Part shown: positions 9,284 through 17,579 of the stretch, piece after piece | Numbering within the stretch: the stretch's first letter is position 1 | Layout of the letters: each line of letters starts with the position of its first letter | Assembly: GCA_016124735.1 (NCBI GenBank) | Contig: WGMZ01000026.1 | Span: 3,477 to 67,476, forward strand | Direction of reading: 5' to 3' | DNA from: Bacteroidota bacterium | GTDB taxonomy: Bacteria; Bacteroidota; Bacteroidia; UBA8524 | DNA: 64,000 nucleotides | Notes under the pieces: generated by a model | Seen by the model: the letters and a program-made list of their open reading frames with translations, nothing else | What the model was told of the DNA's origin: nothing | Databases searched by the model: none | Position numbers and translations under genes: made by a program

Positions 9284-11742
9284 CATTGAGTAATTATCCT
9301 TCAACTACTGTCGATCAAATCATTCGCAAAGCTTGCGGGCAGATAGCGCCTTACTTTTCTCTGGAGAACTTTGTGGCCGTCAATCCTTATCAGTCATACG
9401 CAAGCAAAGATTTCAACCAAACCAGCCAGGAACTGGCAAAATATGCGGGCATGCAGAGTACTATGGATTCTGCATTCTATCTTCGGAAAATAGAACAGCA
9501 GGAAATAATTGCAGACGATTTGATTCACGCACTTCAGGCAAAAAATATTTCTTTGTCTGTAGATGAATTCCTACACAAGACGCGCAGCGGAAAACAAGAG
9601 GCAAACTCACCCCGGATTTCGAGCTGGACACAATTTCTCTCAGAAAAATGCGGTGTGGACTACTGTAACCTGCTTCTGAAAAGCATCAGTCAATGGGCTG
9701 CCTCTTACTTCGACCGCAAACAGAGTGTCTGGAAAAACCCTTATCAGGATGAAGGCATCTACCGGGCTTGGAAAGCCGAATACGAGATTGATAGGTCCTT
9801 GGATCTTGCTGGCTTGAGTGGATTCAGGAAAGCAGTAGAGACACTACCATACCATCCGATGAATGCCATCAGGATTGGGCTCAAAATCCTGAAAATTCCC
9901 GAATCAGAGTTGATGCCTTATTGTACACTGCTTCTCTATGAACTTGGAGGGTGGTCTGCATGGATTGCAGGCTTGGACTGGAACAATAAGCTGGAAGGAA
10001 CAGAAGAAACGAGATTAAGCGAATTCCTGGCCATTCTCATCAGCTGCGAGTCAATCTTATGTCAATTGCATTCTCATTCTGACTGGAAAGCATCCTGGGC
10101 AGCCGAAAGAATGCATATTTTGAAGCAACCCATTGATCAAAGCCTGGAATTCCGACTGATTCTGCACGATGCATACGAAAGGTCCTTCCGACGCAAACTC
10201 CGGAGACAATTCGAACCGAAGTCCGAACAGAATAATAAGAAAGCATCAGATAGAATCAGCGTGCAGGCGGTCTTTTGTATCGATGTGCGTTCTGAGCTTA
10301 TACGCCGGAACCTGGAAAAGATGGATCCGGGAATACAAACCATAGGATTTGCAGGGTTTTTTGGGATGCCGATTGGCTACAAACCTATTGGACAGGAAAA
10401 CCCCATGAATCAATGTCCGGTATTGCTGCAACCAGCATATGAAATTACGGATTTACCGCGGCAGGACGATCAACCAGAAGCGAAAATGGTGGTGATGAAG
10501 AGACAATTTAAACAACTTCAGCACCTCTTTAAATCGAGCGCCATCGCCTGTTTTGGCTTTGTTAGTCCACTCGGACTGAGCTTCCTCCCAAAACTTATCG
10601 GTCACAGCTTTGCTCGGACAAAACCAGCTTCAAAGTCCTCCTCTACCGGAAATTCAGGAAATACAGACCGATCGTTTTCAGGTCCTGACACCAGCCAGAT
10701 CCCATTGAATGAAAAAGTAGTCCTGGCTAAAAACGCCTTGATCGGAATGGGGATTGACAAGGAAATAGCACCGCTGGTTTTAATCGTTGGTCATGGTTCC
10801 AGCTCCATCAATAACCCGCATGCCAGTGGATTGGATTGCGGGGCATGTGGCGGACATTCCGGGGGCATCAATGCCCGGGTTGCCAGCGCAATTTTAAACA
10901 CCAAAGAAGTCAGAAATGCCTTGTTACATGAAGGGATTTCCATTCCGGATGAGACCTTGTTTCTCGCTGCTCTTCACGATACCACCACCGACGAGGTGCA
11001 AATCCTGGAAAATCCGAAAATCTATACAGGCAAGGCGAAAGAGTTGGAAGAACTCAAAACAAAACTTCGTCAAGCTTCTGAAATGAGCCGGAAAGAAAGA
11101 GCACGGCGCTTAAGCTTGCACTCCAATAAGGAGATCAATAAACAGATTCGGAAGCGCTCGAATGACTGGTCGGAGATTCGACCGGAATGGGGACTGGCAG
11201 GCTGCACGACCTTTGTGATTGCAGACCGATCTAAAACAAAGCATCTGGATTTAGGAGGCAAAAGTTTTCTACACTCCTATTCCTGGAAGAAAGACCCAGA
11301 TTATTCACTGCTTGAGCAGATCATGACGGCCCCCATGGTGGTTACCAGCTGGATTAACCTGCAGTACTTTGCTTCCATGGTAGAACCTGACCGCTTCGGG
11401 GCTGGGAATAAGACACTGCATAATGTTACTGCCGGAATCGGTGTTTTTGAAGGGCGGTCCGGCGACTTAAAAACCGGTCTCCCCTTTCAATCGGTACACG
11501 ATGGAGAAGATTGGCAGCACGACCCCATCAAACTGCATGTGCTATTGGATGCTCCGGAAGAAGCCATTAACTCCGTCCTTGAAAAGCATCCAAACCTCAA
11601 AAATCTGGCAGACAACAAATGGATTCATCTTCTGCATCTGGATAAAGAAGGAAAAACGGACCTATATTATTCTGGTAATTTAAACTGGAGTCCGCTCGCA
11701 GCAGGAGAAACAGTTGACATTTTAGAAGAAGTTGAACTTTAA
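9280..11742 (+). CDS. dabA: DUF2309/UPF0753 beta-carbonic-anhydrase-like subunit of the DAB/MpsAB pump
   Basis: FVAVNP; putative Zn ligands in VFCIDVRSE, VGHGS and LDCGACGG; DWSEIRPEWGLAG; APMVVTSWINLQY. Confidence 0.92.
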   Translation: MTLSNYPSTTVDQIIRKACGQIAPYFSLENFVAVNPYQSYASKDFNQTSQELAKYAGMQSTMDSAFYLRKIEQQEIIADDLIHALQAKNISLSVDEFLHKTRSGKQEANSPRISSWTQFLSEKCGVDYCNLLLKSISQWAASYFDRKQSVWKNPYQDEGIYRAWKAEYEIDRSLDLAGLSGFRKAVETLPYHPMNAIRIGLKILKIPESELMPYCTLLLYELGGWSAWIAGLDWNNKLEGTEETRLSEFLAILISCESILCQLHSHSDWKASWAAERMHILKQPIDQSLEFRLILHDAYERSFRRKLRRQFEPKSEQNNKKASDRISVQAVFCIDVRSELIRRNLEKMDPGIQTIGFAGFFGMPIGYKPIGQENPMNQCPVLLQPAYEITDLPRQDDQPEAKMVVMKRQFKQLQHLFKSSAIACFGFVSPLGLSFLPKLIGHSFARTKPASKSSSTGNSGNTDRSFSGPDTSQIPLNEKVVLAKNALIGMGIDKEIAPLVLIVGHGSSSINNPHASGLDCGACGGHSGGINARVASAILNTKEVRNALLHEGISIPDETLFLAALHDTTTDEVQILENPKIYTGKAKELEELKTKLRQASEMSRKERARRLSLHSNKEINKQIRKRSNDWSEIRPEWGLAGCTTFVIADRSKTKHLDLGGKSFLHSYSWKKDPDYSLLEQIMTAPMVVTSWINLQYFASMVEPDRFGAGNKTLHNVTAGIGVFEGRSGDLKTGLPFQSVHDGEDWQHDPIKLHVLLDAPEEAINSVLEKHPNLKNLADNKWIHLLHLDKEGKTDLYYSGNLNWSPLAAGETVDILEEVEL

Positions 11743-11762
11743 ATACTATTCGGAAATCCATC

Positions 11763-11805
11763 GAGAGTCCTTTAGTTTGGTCTGTACCGGATTGCAGGAC
11801 TTTTT
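11763..11805 (+). terminator. Putative intrinsic terminator after dabA
   Basis: AGTCCT...AGGACT stem with a G-U-rich inner helix, followed by a T run. Confidence 0.5.
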
Positions 11806-11899
11806 CTCTCAATGCGTTTTGTTTAACTATAAAATCATCCAACCAAAGGGTCCGCCTTCCATAACCAATGATCAGAAAAGTATTCTCTAATTTCGGTAC

Positions 11900-13021
11900 A
11901 TGATTTTTCGTTTGCTATTGGGTTCCATCTCCATCCATTTTTTATTAATAGTTGCGAGCTGCCAACCTTCGGGTAAAGCAGATGAAGCGATGCAAAGCCT
12001 GACAGATAGTCTGTATGCCGCGCAACCAGCAATGCATGGACTTCTTCTATCCGTTTCCAATCATGACTCTACCCTTGTTTTTAATGCCGGCTGGGCCGAT
12101 TCTACTGATTTGGTCCCGCTAGAGAAAAACACTCCGGTTCTGTTGGCCAGCATTACCAAAATGTATATGGCGGCGGCGACTTTAAGGCTTTGCGAAAAGT
12201 ATCATCTACCGCTGGACACTTGCATTGAATTCCTCCTGATGCCCGAAACGGATTCCCTGCTGAGAGCAGACGGATATGCGACCAATCGCATCACCTTAGG
12301 CCATTTGTTGAACAATACCAGCGGTATCTCAGATTATACGGAAACGAGAAAATACCAGGAAGTGACCCTCCAGCATCCCGAGCATATCTGGAGCAGGCGA
12401 GAGCAAGTTTATCTTGCCGTAAGCGAGTCGAAACCAATGGCTGATCCCGGCATCATGTTTCATTATTCAGACCTTAATTTTCTCCTTTTGGGCGAGTTGA
12501 TGGAACATTTTACTCAAAAACCTTTTTACCAGTCCGTTCGCGAGCTATTGCAATTTGAAAACCATGGACTTCGACATACCTGGTGGAACGAGCTGGAAGA
12601 AGCCCCCGATGAGCTCCCCCCATTGGCAAAGCAATACGCCCGTTCTTTCGCTGTAGATTCCTGGAAATTGCATCCCAGCTTTGATCTTTTTGGTGGTGGA
12701 GGTATTGCCGCAACTGCCCGAGACCTCGCTCGCTTTACTGAAATGCTATTTCAGGGAGCGTTTTTTTCTAAGCCCGAAACCTTGTCATTGTTGACAAAAA
12801 TAGCTTCCCCTCTACCGGCGGGATATAAAGGGTACCGTTTGGGTGTAATGTCATGGGAAAAGAACGGAAAACAGGCCTTCGGACACGGAGGTTTTTGGGG
12901 AGCGATGGCAATATATTATCCTGAAAATAAGCAAGCTATATGCGTCATTCCCTTAGAAAGAGACTATTGGTCCTGGGCGCAGGATATTGCGTGGAAAATC
13001 CACGCCGAAGAAATTTATTAG
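11900..13021 (+). CDS. Serine hydrolase, beta-lactamase/D-Ala-D-Ala carboxypeptidase family, probable lipoprotein
   Basis: SxxK motif ASITK, FHYSDLN, GHGG; lipobox-like VASC. Confidence 0.88.
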   Translation: MIFRLLLGSISIHFLLIVASCQPSGKADEAMQSLTDSLYAAQPAMHGLLLSVSNHDSTLVFNAGWADSTDLVPLEKNTPVLLASITKMYMAAATLRLCEKYHLPLDTCIEFLLMPETDSLLRADGYATNRITLGHLLNNTSGISDYTETRKYQEVTLQHPEHIWSRREQVYLAVSESKPMADPGIMFHYSDLNFLLLGELMEHFTQKPFYQSVRELLQFENHGLRHTWWNELEEAPDELPPLAKQYARSFAVDSWKLHPSFDLFGGGGIAATARDLARFTEMLFQGAFFSKPETLSLLTKIASPLPAGYKGYRLGVMSWEKNGKQAFGHGGFWGAMAIYYPENKQAICVIPLERDYWSWAQDIAWKIHAEEIY

Positions 13022-13081
13022 GACCGGCCTTTCCCCTATTCTCCCATTCTCTCCGTACATTTGACCCTATTCATTTTCTGA

Positions 13082-13687
13082 TTGAACTGGGATCACCACT
13101 TTGATCGCATGGCAGAACAGGGTTTTGTTGCGATCGACTCCTTTTTACCTCCCGACCTCTATGCGCAAATGCATCAGCGTATAAAAGAACTATTACTTCA
13201 CGACGAACTTGAACAGGCCGGTATTGGCAGTCAGCAGGATTATATCATTCGGGAAGCCATTCGGGGAGATTCTATTTCCTGGCTAGATGAGAGTCACCCC
13301 TCAGAATCTCTTTATTTAGAAGAGATGATGCAGATGATGGAGCGCCTGAACAGAGGCTTTATGCTAAGCCTCAGCGGCATGGAATTTCATTTTGCAGCAT
13401 ATCCCAAAGATTCGTATTACAAAAAACACCTGGATCAATTCAAGGAACGCAACAACCGACTCATCTCACTCATCGTTTATCTCAACGATAACTGGACCCC
13501 GGACGATGCCGGCGAATTGCGCATCTATCTGAAAGATGGCGTCCAGGACATTGCTCCCATTGGGAATCGCGCGGTCCTTTTCCGTAGTGACACCCTCGAA
13601 CATGAAGTGCTACCCACCAAACGCATTCGTAAAAGTATCACCGGCTGGTTTCTGTACCGTCCGCCGGGTTTGGTGATTTTAGGCTAA
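13082..13687 (+). CDS. 2OG-Fe(II) oxygenase, prolyl-4-hydroxylase/SM-20-like
   Basis: IRGDSISW, HLD (HxD), YLNDNW, EHEVLP, RKSITGW; TACATTTG -7 element at 13056-13063. Confidence 0.9.
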   Translation: MNWDHHFDRMAEQGFVAIDSFLPPDLYAQMHQRIKELLLHDELEQAGIGSQQDYIIREAIRGDSISWLDESHPSESLYLEEMMQMMERLNRGFMLSLSGMEFHFAAYPKDSYYKKHLDQFKERNNRLISLIVYLNDNWTPDDAGELRIYLKDGVQDIAPIGNRAVLFRSDTLEHEVLPTKRIRKSITGWFLYRPPGLVILG

Positions 13688-13709
13688 TCATCCACAAATA
13701 CCCCGGTTA

Positions 13710-15599
13710 TCAGTGAGCTACCGCCAATTTCTTTACAACCCGTTGATCGTTTTCGATTATAATAATGGTGTATTGTCCGGCAGGGAACTGGCTTGCATCT
13801 ATATCCAAATTGCCCTCAGTGAAATAGGAAGCCACAGACTGTCCCATCATGTTGTAGACCTGAACTTGTCTTTGTGCCAAATGGTCAAAGCCAAGGTGAG
13901 TAATTCCGGTGCAGGGGTTGGGATATAGTTTTATTTGCTGGTCTTTTTTAACCCGCTTTACCCCAAGAGCTCTGTCAAATTTGAAATTATCGATATAGAG
14001 GCAACCTCCTTGATCCGATTTGAATGAGAAACAAATAATTGCTGCTTTTTCATTTTTAAACGCATCTAAATTAATTGCCTCGGTTCTCCATTGGTTTGAA
14101 TTCGGCATAAAGGTCGCCTGGCTTTGACTGAGTGGGTTAACCATAGCAGAATCAGCTGTCAAAAGTTCACGTCCCCCTTTTTTATACAATTCAGTAAAAG
14201 TCGAGCCGCAATCAGTTGAAATGTAAACTATGAGCGTATCTGCAAAAAGCAAATCCGGATCAAAATAGGGTTTCGTATAACGTATATAATTATACGCCAT
14301 GTCAAAACTAATAGATGGAGCGTCGGATGACGATAGATCCAGTGTTGGGCTTACAACCCTTTCCTCATAGCCCATAGTATAAAAAATGAATAGGTTATTA
14401 TAAGCAAAAATTGAAGCCTTACTGGCCCTTCCTACGGATGGATTTAAACTCCAGGTAAATGGATTACCCGTCTCAATAATATTCCAATCGTATGCATCCG
14501 ATTCGAAATCTTCAATATATGGAGCCGTTTTCGGAGTTACGTCAACATAAATTTCATTGTTCACGCTATTATTCGTGAGATCCGCATCTCCTGTAATTTG
14601 ATTCACATTCATCACAGTAACGATGAGATTTTGAAGTCCGGAGTCAGATTGAACGAGTGGAAGCTGAATTCTTTCGTGTTCGAAAGTACTCAATGATCCA
14701 TTCCAAGAATAAGTATGCCTGTTTCCATTGAATTGGTAGTCAATATCCATCTGAGTTACTACGTCAGTCCCCGTATTTCGGACATAAAAGGCGACACTTT
14801 GATTATTGCTGCAGGTGAAATCTTTCACATCCAACTTGTAAACATTCACGTCTGTTCCCGAAAGTGCCGGCTGATTGAAAAAATCTTTGGCCTTGTTCAA
14901 AATTGTGGAATTGGGTATGGAATGTCCTAAACCGGCGACTTCAGCGTAATACATTGGGGCTTCGTGTTCCGCCAGGGTATCAACCAATAACATATCAATG
15001 CCTTTGTATGCATAATCATTCGAGCCAAATGTCATAAAAATTGGAATTTGTGAAGCATTGGCATACTTAAAACCAAACTGGAGGTTTGTGTCGTTGTATA
15101 CATCTGCAATACCTTGCGCTGCCGGTGTATTCAATAACAATCCTTTAAACTGGGTATTGTGTTCCAAACCATATTTCAAGGCACTTCGTCCTCCAAGAGA
15201 AAAGCCCTGTAGTACAATTCCATTTGGATCAATATTGTACTGGCTTTTTACAAAATTCATCGCTTCCTGGATGATGGCTTCATCCCCAGCAGGTGTATAA
15301 AAATCATGGCTTTGATCGCTTCCACCGTCAGGAAACACAAATATTGTTTGAGGAAAAAGGTTTTGCCATGCCAAATTTTGAGTCAGAGCATTTCGGTAGT
15401 TCGGCCCTGTATCCCCGGCGCCGTGGAGTCCAATAATCAATTGATAGGTCTTAAGCGAGTCGTAACTATTCGGAACATAACAAGCCAGTGTTCTGTTCTC
15501 CGAATTGAAGGTGATGGTTTCATCAAAGCTTCCGGTTTTCTGCGCAGTAACCACCAGATTGAACCCGGATAATAAAAGGGAGAGTATAATTTTCTTCAT
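13710..15599 (-). CDS. Secreted alpha/beta-hydrolase (esterase/depolymerase-like) with T9SS type A sorting domain
   Basis: Signal peptide, LHGAGD, GFSLGG nucleophile elbow, GLGHS; C-terminal LYPNP...VYNMMGQ...GQY...KKL. Confidence 0.85.
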   Translation of the reverse strand: MKKIILSLLLSGFNLVVTAQKTGSFDETITFNSENRTLACYVPNSYDSLKTYQLIIGLHGAGDTGPNYRNALTQNLAWQNLFPQTIFVFPDGGSDQSHDFYTPAGDEAIIQEAMNFVKSQYNIDPNGIVLQGFSLGGRSALKYGLEHNTQFKGLLLNTPAAQGIADVYNDTNLQFGFKYANASQIPIFMTFGSNDYAYKGIDMLLVDTLAEHEAPMYYAEVAGLGHSIPNSTILNKAKDFFNQPALSGTDVNVYKLDVKDFTCSNNQSVAFYVRNTGTDVVTQMDIDYQFNGNRHTYSWNGSLSTFEHERIQLPLVQSDSGLQNLIVTVMNVNQITGDADLTNNSVNNEIYVDVTPKTAPYIEDFESDAYDWNIIETGNPFTWSLNPSVGRASKASIFAYNNLFIFYTMGYEERVVSPTLDLSSSDAPSISFDMAYNYIRYTKPYFDPDLLFADTLIVYISTDCGSTFTELYKKGGRELLTADSAMVNPLSQSQATFMPNSNQWRTEAINLDAFKNEKAAIICFSFKSDQGGCLYIDNFKFDRALGVKRVKKDQQIKLYPNPCTGITHLGFDHLAQRQVQVYNMMGQSVASYFTEGNLDIDASQFPAGQYTIIIIENDQRVVKKLAVAH

Positions 15600-15742
15600 A
15601 GCCTGAAATGATTGATTTGTAAAATATTGTTATTCAAAACTACGAATTGCTACTTAATATTTGAGTTCCTTCTTTGGCTGTTAGATTAAAATGCCCTTAG
15701 ATATTTACTGTTAAATCCTAAACTTGTAATTTCGAGCAGATT

Positions 15743-16345
15743 ATGCAGAGTATAGGGATTGTAGGTGTCGTTTTATGTGGAGGTGAAAGCCGTCGCATGG
15801 GAATTGATAAGGGCGATATCAACTACCATGGAATGGCACAGCGGGAGTATGTATTAAATATGCTCCGGCCTCTGACCTCTTTAGCGGTCTATTCTTGCGG
15901 AAATCAAGCTGAGGATTTAGAAATTGCTTTTCCGGATTTACCCGATTTGGCCGGACATGGTCCTTTATCCGGACTGCTTAGCGTTCATCGGGCATTTCCT
16001 GACAAAGACTTACTGCTCGTAGGTTGCGATTATCCGCTGCTGCAAGTTCATCATCTGGAAACGATTCTGAATCAGGAAACCGATAAGCAGGCCATTTGCT
16101 ATCAAAGCGGCAGCCCGGCTCGTCCAGAACCACTGATTACCCTGTATCGTGTTCCCATTCTCAAACGCATCGACCAGCAGTTTAATGAGACCGGAGAGGA
16201 TTCTCTTCGAAGGTACTTGAAGGATGCTGATACTTTATACCTGGAGATGGATAATCCACTCTCTTTTATCAGCGCCGACCGCCCTGAAGATGTGAGTCGC
16301 GTACGCCAGCTTTTGCAAGAGGGTTTTGCTACCTTTGACGCATGA
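15743..16345 (+). CDS. mobA: Molybdenum cofactor guanylyltransferase
   Basis: LCGGESRRMGIDKG, GPLSGL, VGCDYP, EPL motifs. Confidence 0.88.
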   Translation: MQSIGIVGVVLCGGESRRMGIDKGDINYHGMAQREYVLNMLRPLTSLAVYSCGNQAEDLEIAFPDLPDLAGHGPLSGLLSVHRAFPDKDLLLVGCDYPLLQVHHLETILNQETDKQAICYQSGSPARPEPLITLYRVPILKRIDQQFNETGEDSLRRYLKDADTLYLEMDNPLSFISADRPEDVSRVRQLLQEGFATFDA

Positions 16346-17187
16346 GCGACGCGCGCAAGCCCATTAAAATTCATCGCTGGAAAGACCAGAAGTTCCATGA
16401 AGTGGAAGATACGGTTTCGGTTGAAGAGCCACTTGAAATTCGCTTGGCATTTTACCAGAAAGAAAGCAAAGAACGGCACCAGATATCAGTGACCATGCGG
16501 ACACCTGGCAACGATGAAGAGTTGGCATTGGGTTTTCTGTTCACTGAAAACCTGATTTCCGGGAAAGAAGCGATAGAATCTGTTCAGCGAATCGACTCGG
16601 GTTTTCGCAAATCACAACGCGACAATATCATTCAGGTCAATTTGAACCCGGGCTTTGTTCCGGATATGGATCTGCTTTCGCGACATTTTTATACCACGAG
16701 CAGTTGTGGAGTATGCGGAAAGACCAGCATCGAATTGGTGCAAAGTCTTGTTGAAACCAGAATTTCTCCTCCCAAGCTGTCGTTCCGGGCCAATCAAATC
16801 AGTCGCTTACCGGAACAACTCGAAACGGCGCAAAAAGAATTTAATTCCACGGGAGCAATCCATGCAGCAAGTCTTTTTGATCAATACGGAGAATTATTGG
16901 CACTCCGTGAAGATGTAGGAAGGCATAATGCACTGGATAAACTGATTGGCTGGGCTTTGCTAAACGGGATGCTTCCACTTGATCAACATGCATTGCTTCT
17001 TAGTGGGCGAGGTAGTTTTGAACTGCTTCAGAAAGCTTCAATGGCCGGCATACAGGTGGTGGCAGCTGTGGGCGCTCCATCTTCACTGGCCATACAATTG
17101 GCCGAAGATGCCGGTATCAGCCTGCTCGGATTTGTCAAAAAGGAACGTATGAACCTGTATACCCACCCTGAAAGAATCCAGGAATAA
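16342..17187 (+). CDS. fdhD: Formate dehydrogenase accessory sulfurtransferase FdhD
   Basis: EEPLEI, MRTPGND, SSCGVCGK, REDVGRHNALDK motifs. Confidence 0.95.
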   Translation: MSDARKPIKIHRWKDQKFHEVEDTVSVEEPLEIRLAFYQKESKERHQISVTMRTPGNDEELALGFLFTENLISGKEAIESVQRIDSGFRKSQRDNIIQVNLNPGFVPDMDLLSRHFYTTSSCGVCGKTSIELVQSLVETRISPPKLSFRANQISRLPEQLETAQKEFNSTGAIHAASLFDQYGELLALREDVGRHNALDKLIGWALLNGMLPLDQHALLLSGRGSFELLQKASMAGIQVVAAVGAPSSLAIQLAEDAGISLLGFVKKERMNLYTHPERIQE

Positions 17188-17201
17188 TGTAAATTTGACT
17201 C

Positions 17202-17579
17202 ATGAAATTGCGTATCAAAGGGGATTCTATTCGCATTCGTTTGAGTAAATCTGAAGTAGATCATTTCACCCAAAATGGAAAATACGAGGCGTATACCCAT
17301 TTTCCGAATGGAAAATCCTTTGAATATGGTCTGCAGGTTTCAAACAAATGTGATTCATTAACCGCAGAACTAACTGAAAAAGGTATGCTTCTATGTATGC
17401 CGCGAAATTGGGCAGATGAATGGCTGACTACCCAAAAGGTGGGATTTGAATCGCGAATTTCTCTTCCACAGGGAGGAGAACTTTATCTGCTCCTCGAAAA
17501 AGACTTTCAGTGCTTGGATGCCAACACTGAAGACCAATCCGACATGTACCCAAACCCATTGGCAGAGAATTACAAATGA
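17202..17579 (+). CDS. Conserved hypothetical protein (DUF7009-like)
   Basis: MKLRIKGDSIRIRL N-terminus and EKDFQCL...YPNP C-terminus; between fdhD and the molybdoenzyme gene with ATGA overlap. Confidence 0.75.
   Translation: MKLRIKGDSIRIRLSKSEVDHFTQNGKYEAYTHFPNGKSFEYGLQVSNKCDSLTAELTEKGMLLCMPRNWADEWLTTQKVGFESRISLPQGGELYLLLEKDFQCLDANTEDQSDMYPNPLAENYK

Noticed and set aside
6403-11742. Evidence of autotrophy or a carboxysome locus
   Set aside because: No RuBisCO, PRK or shell genes in the window; DAB/MpsAB pumps also occur in heterotrophs
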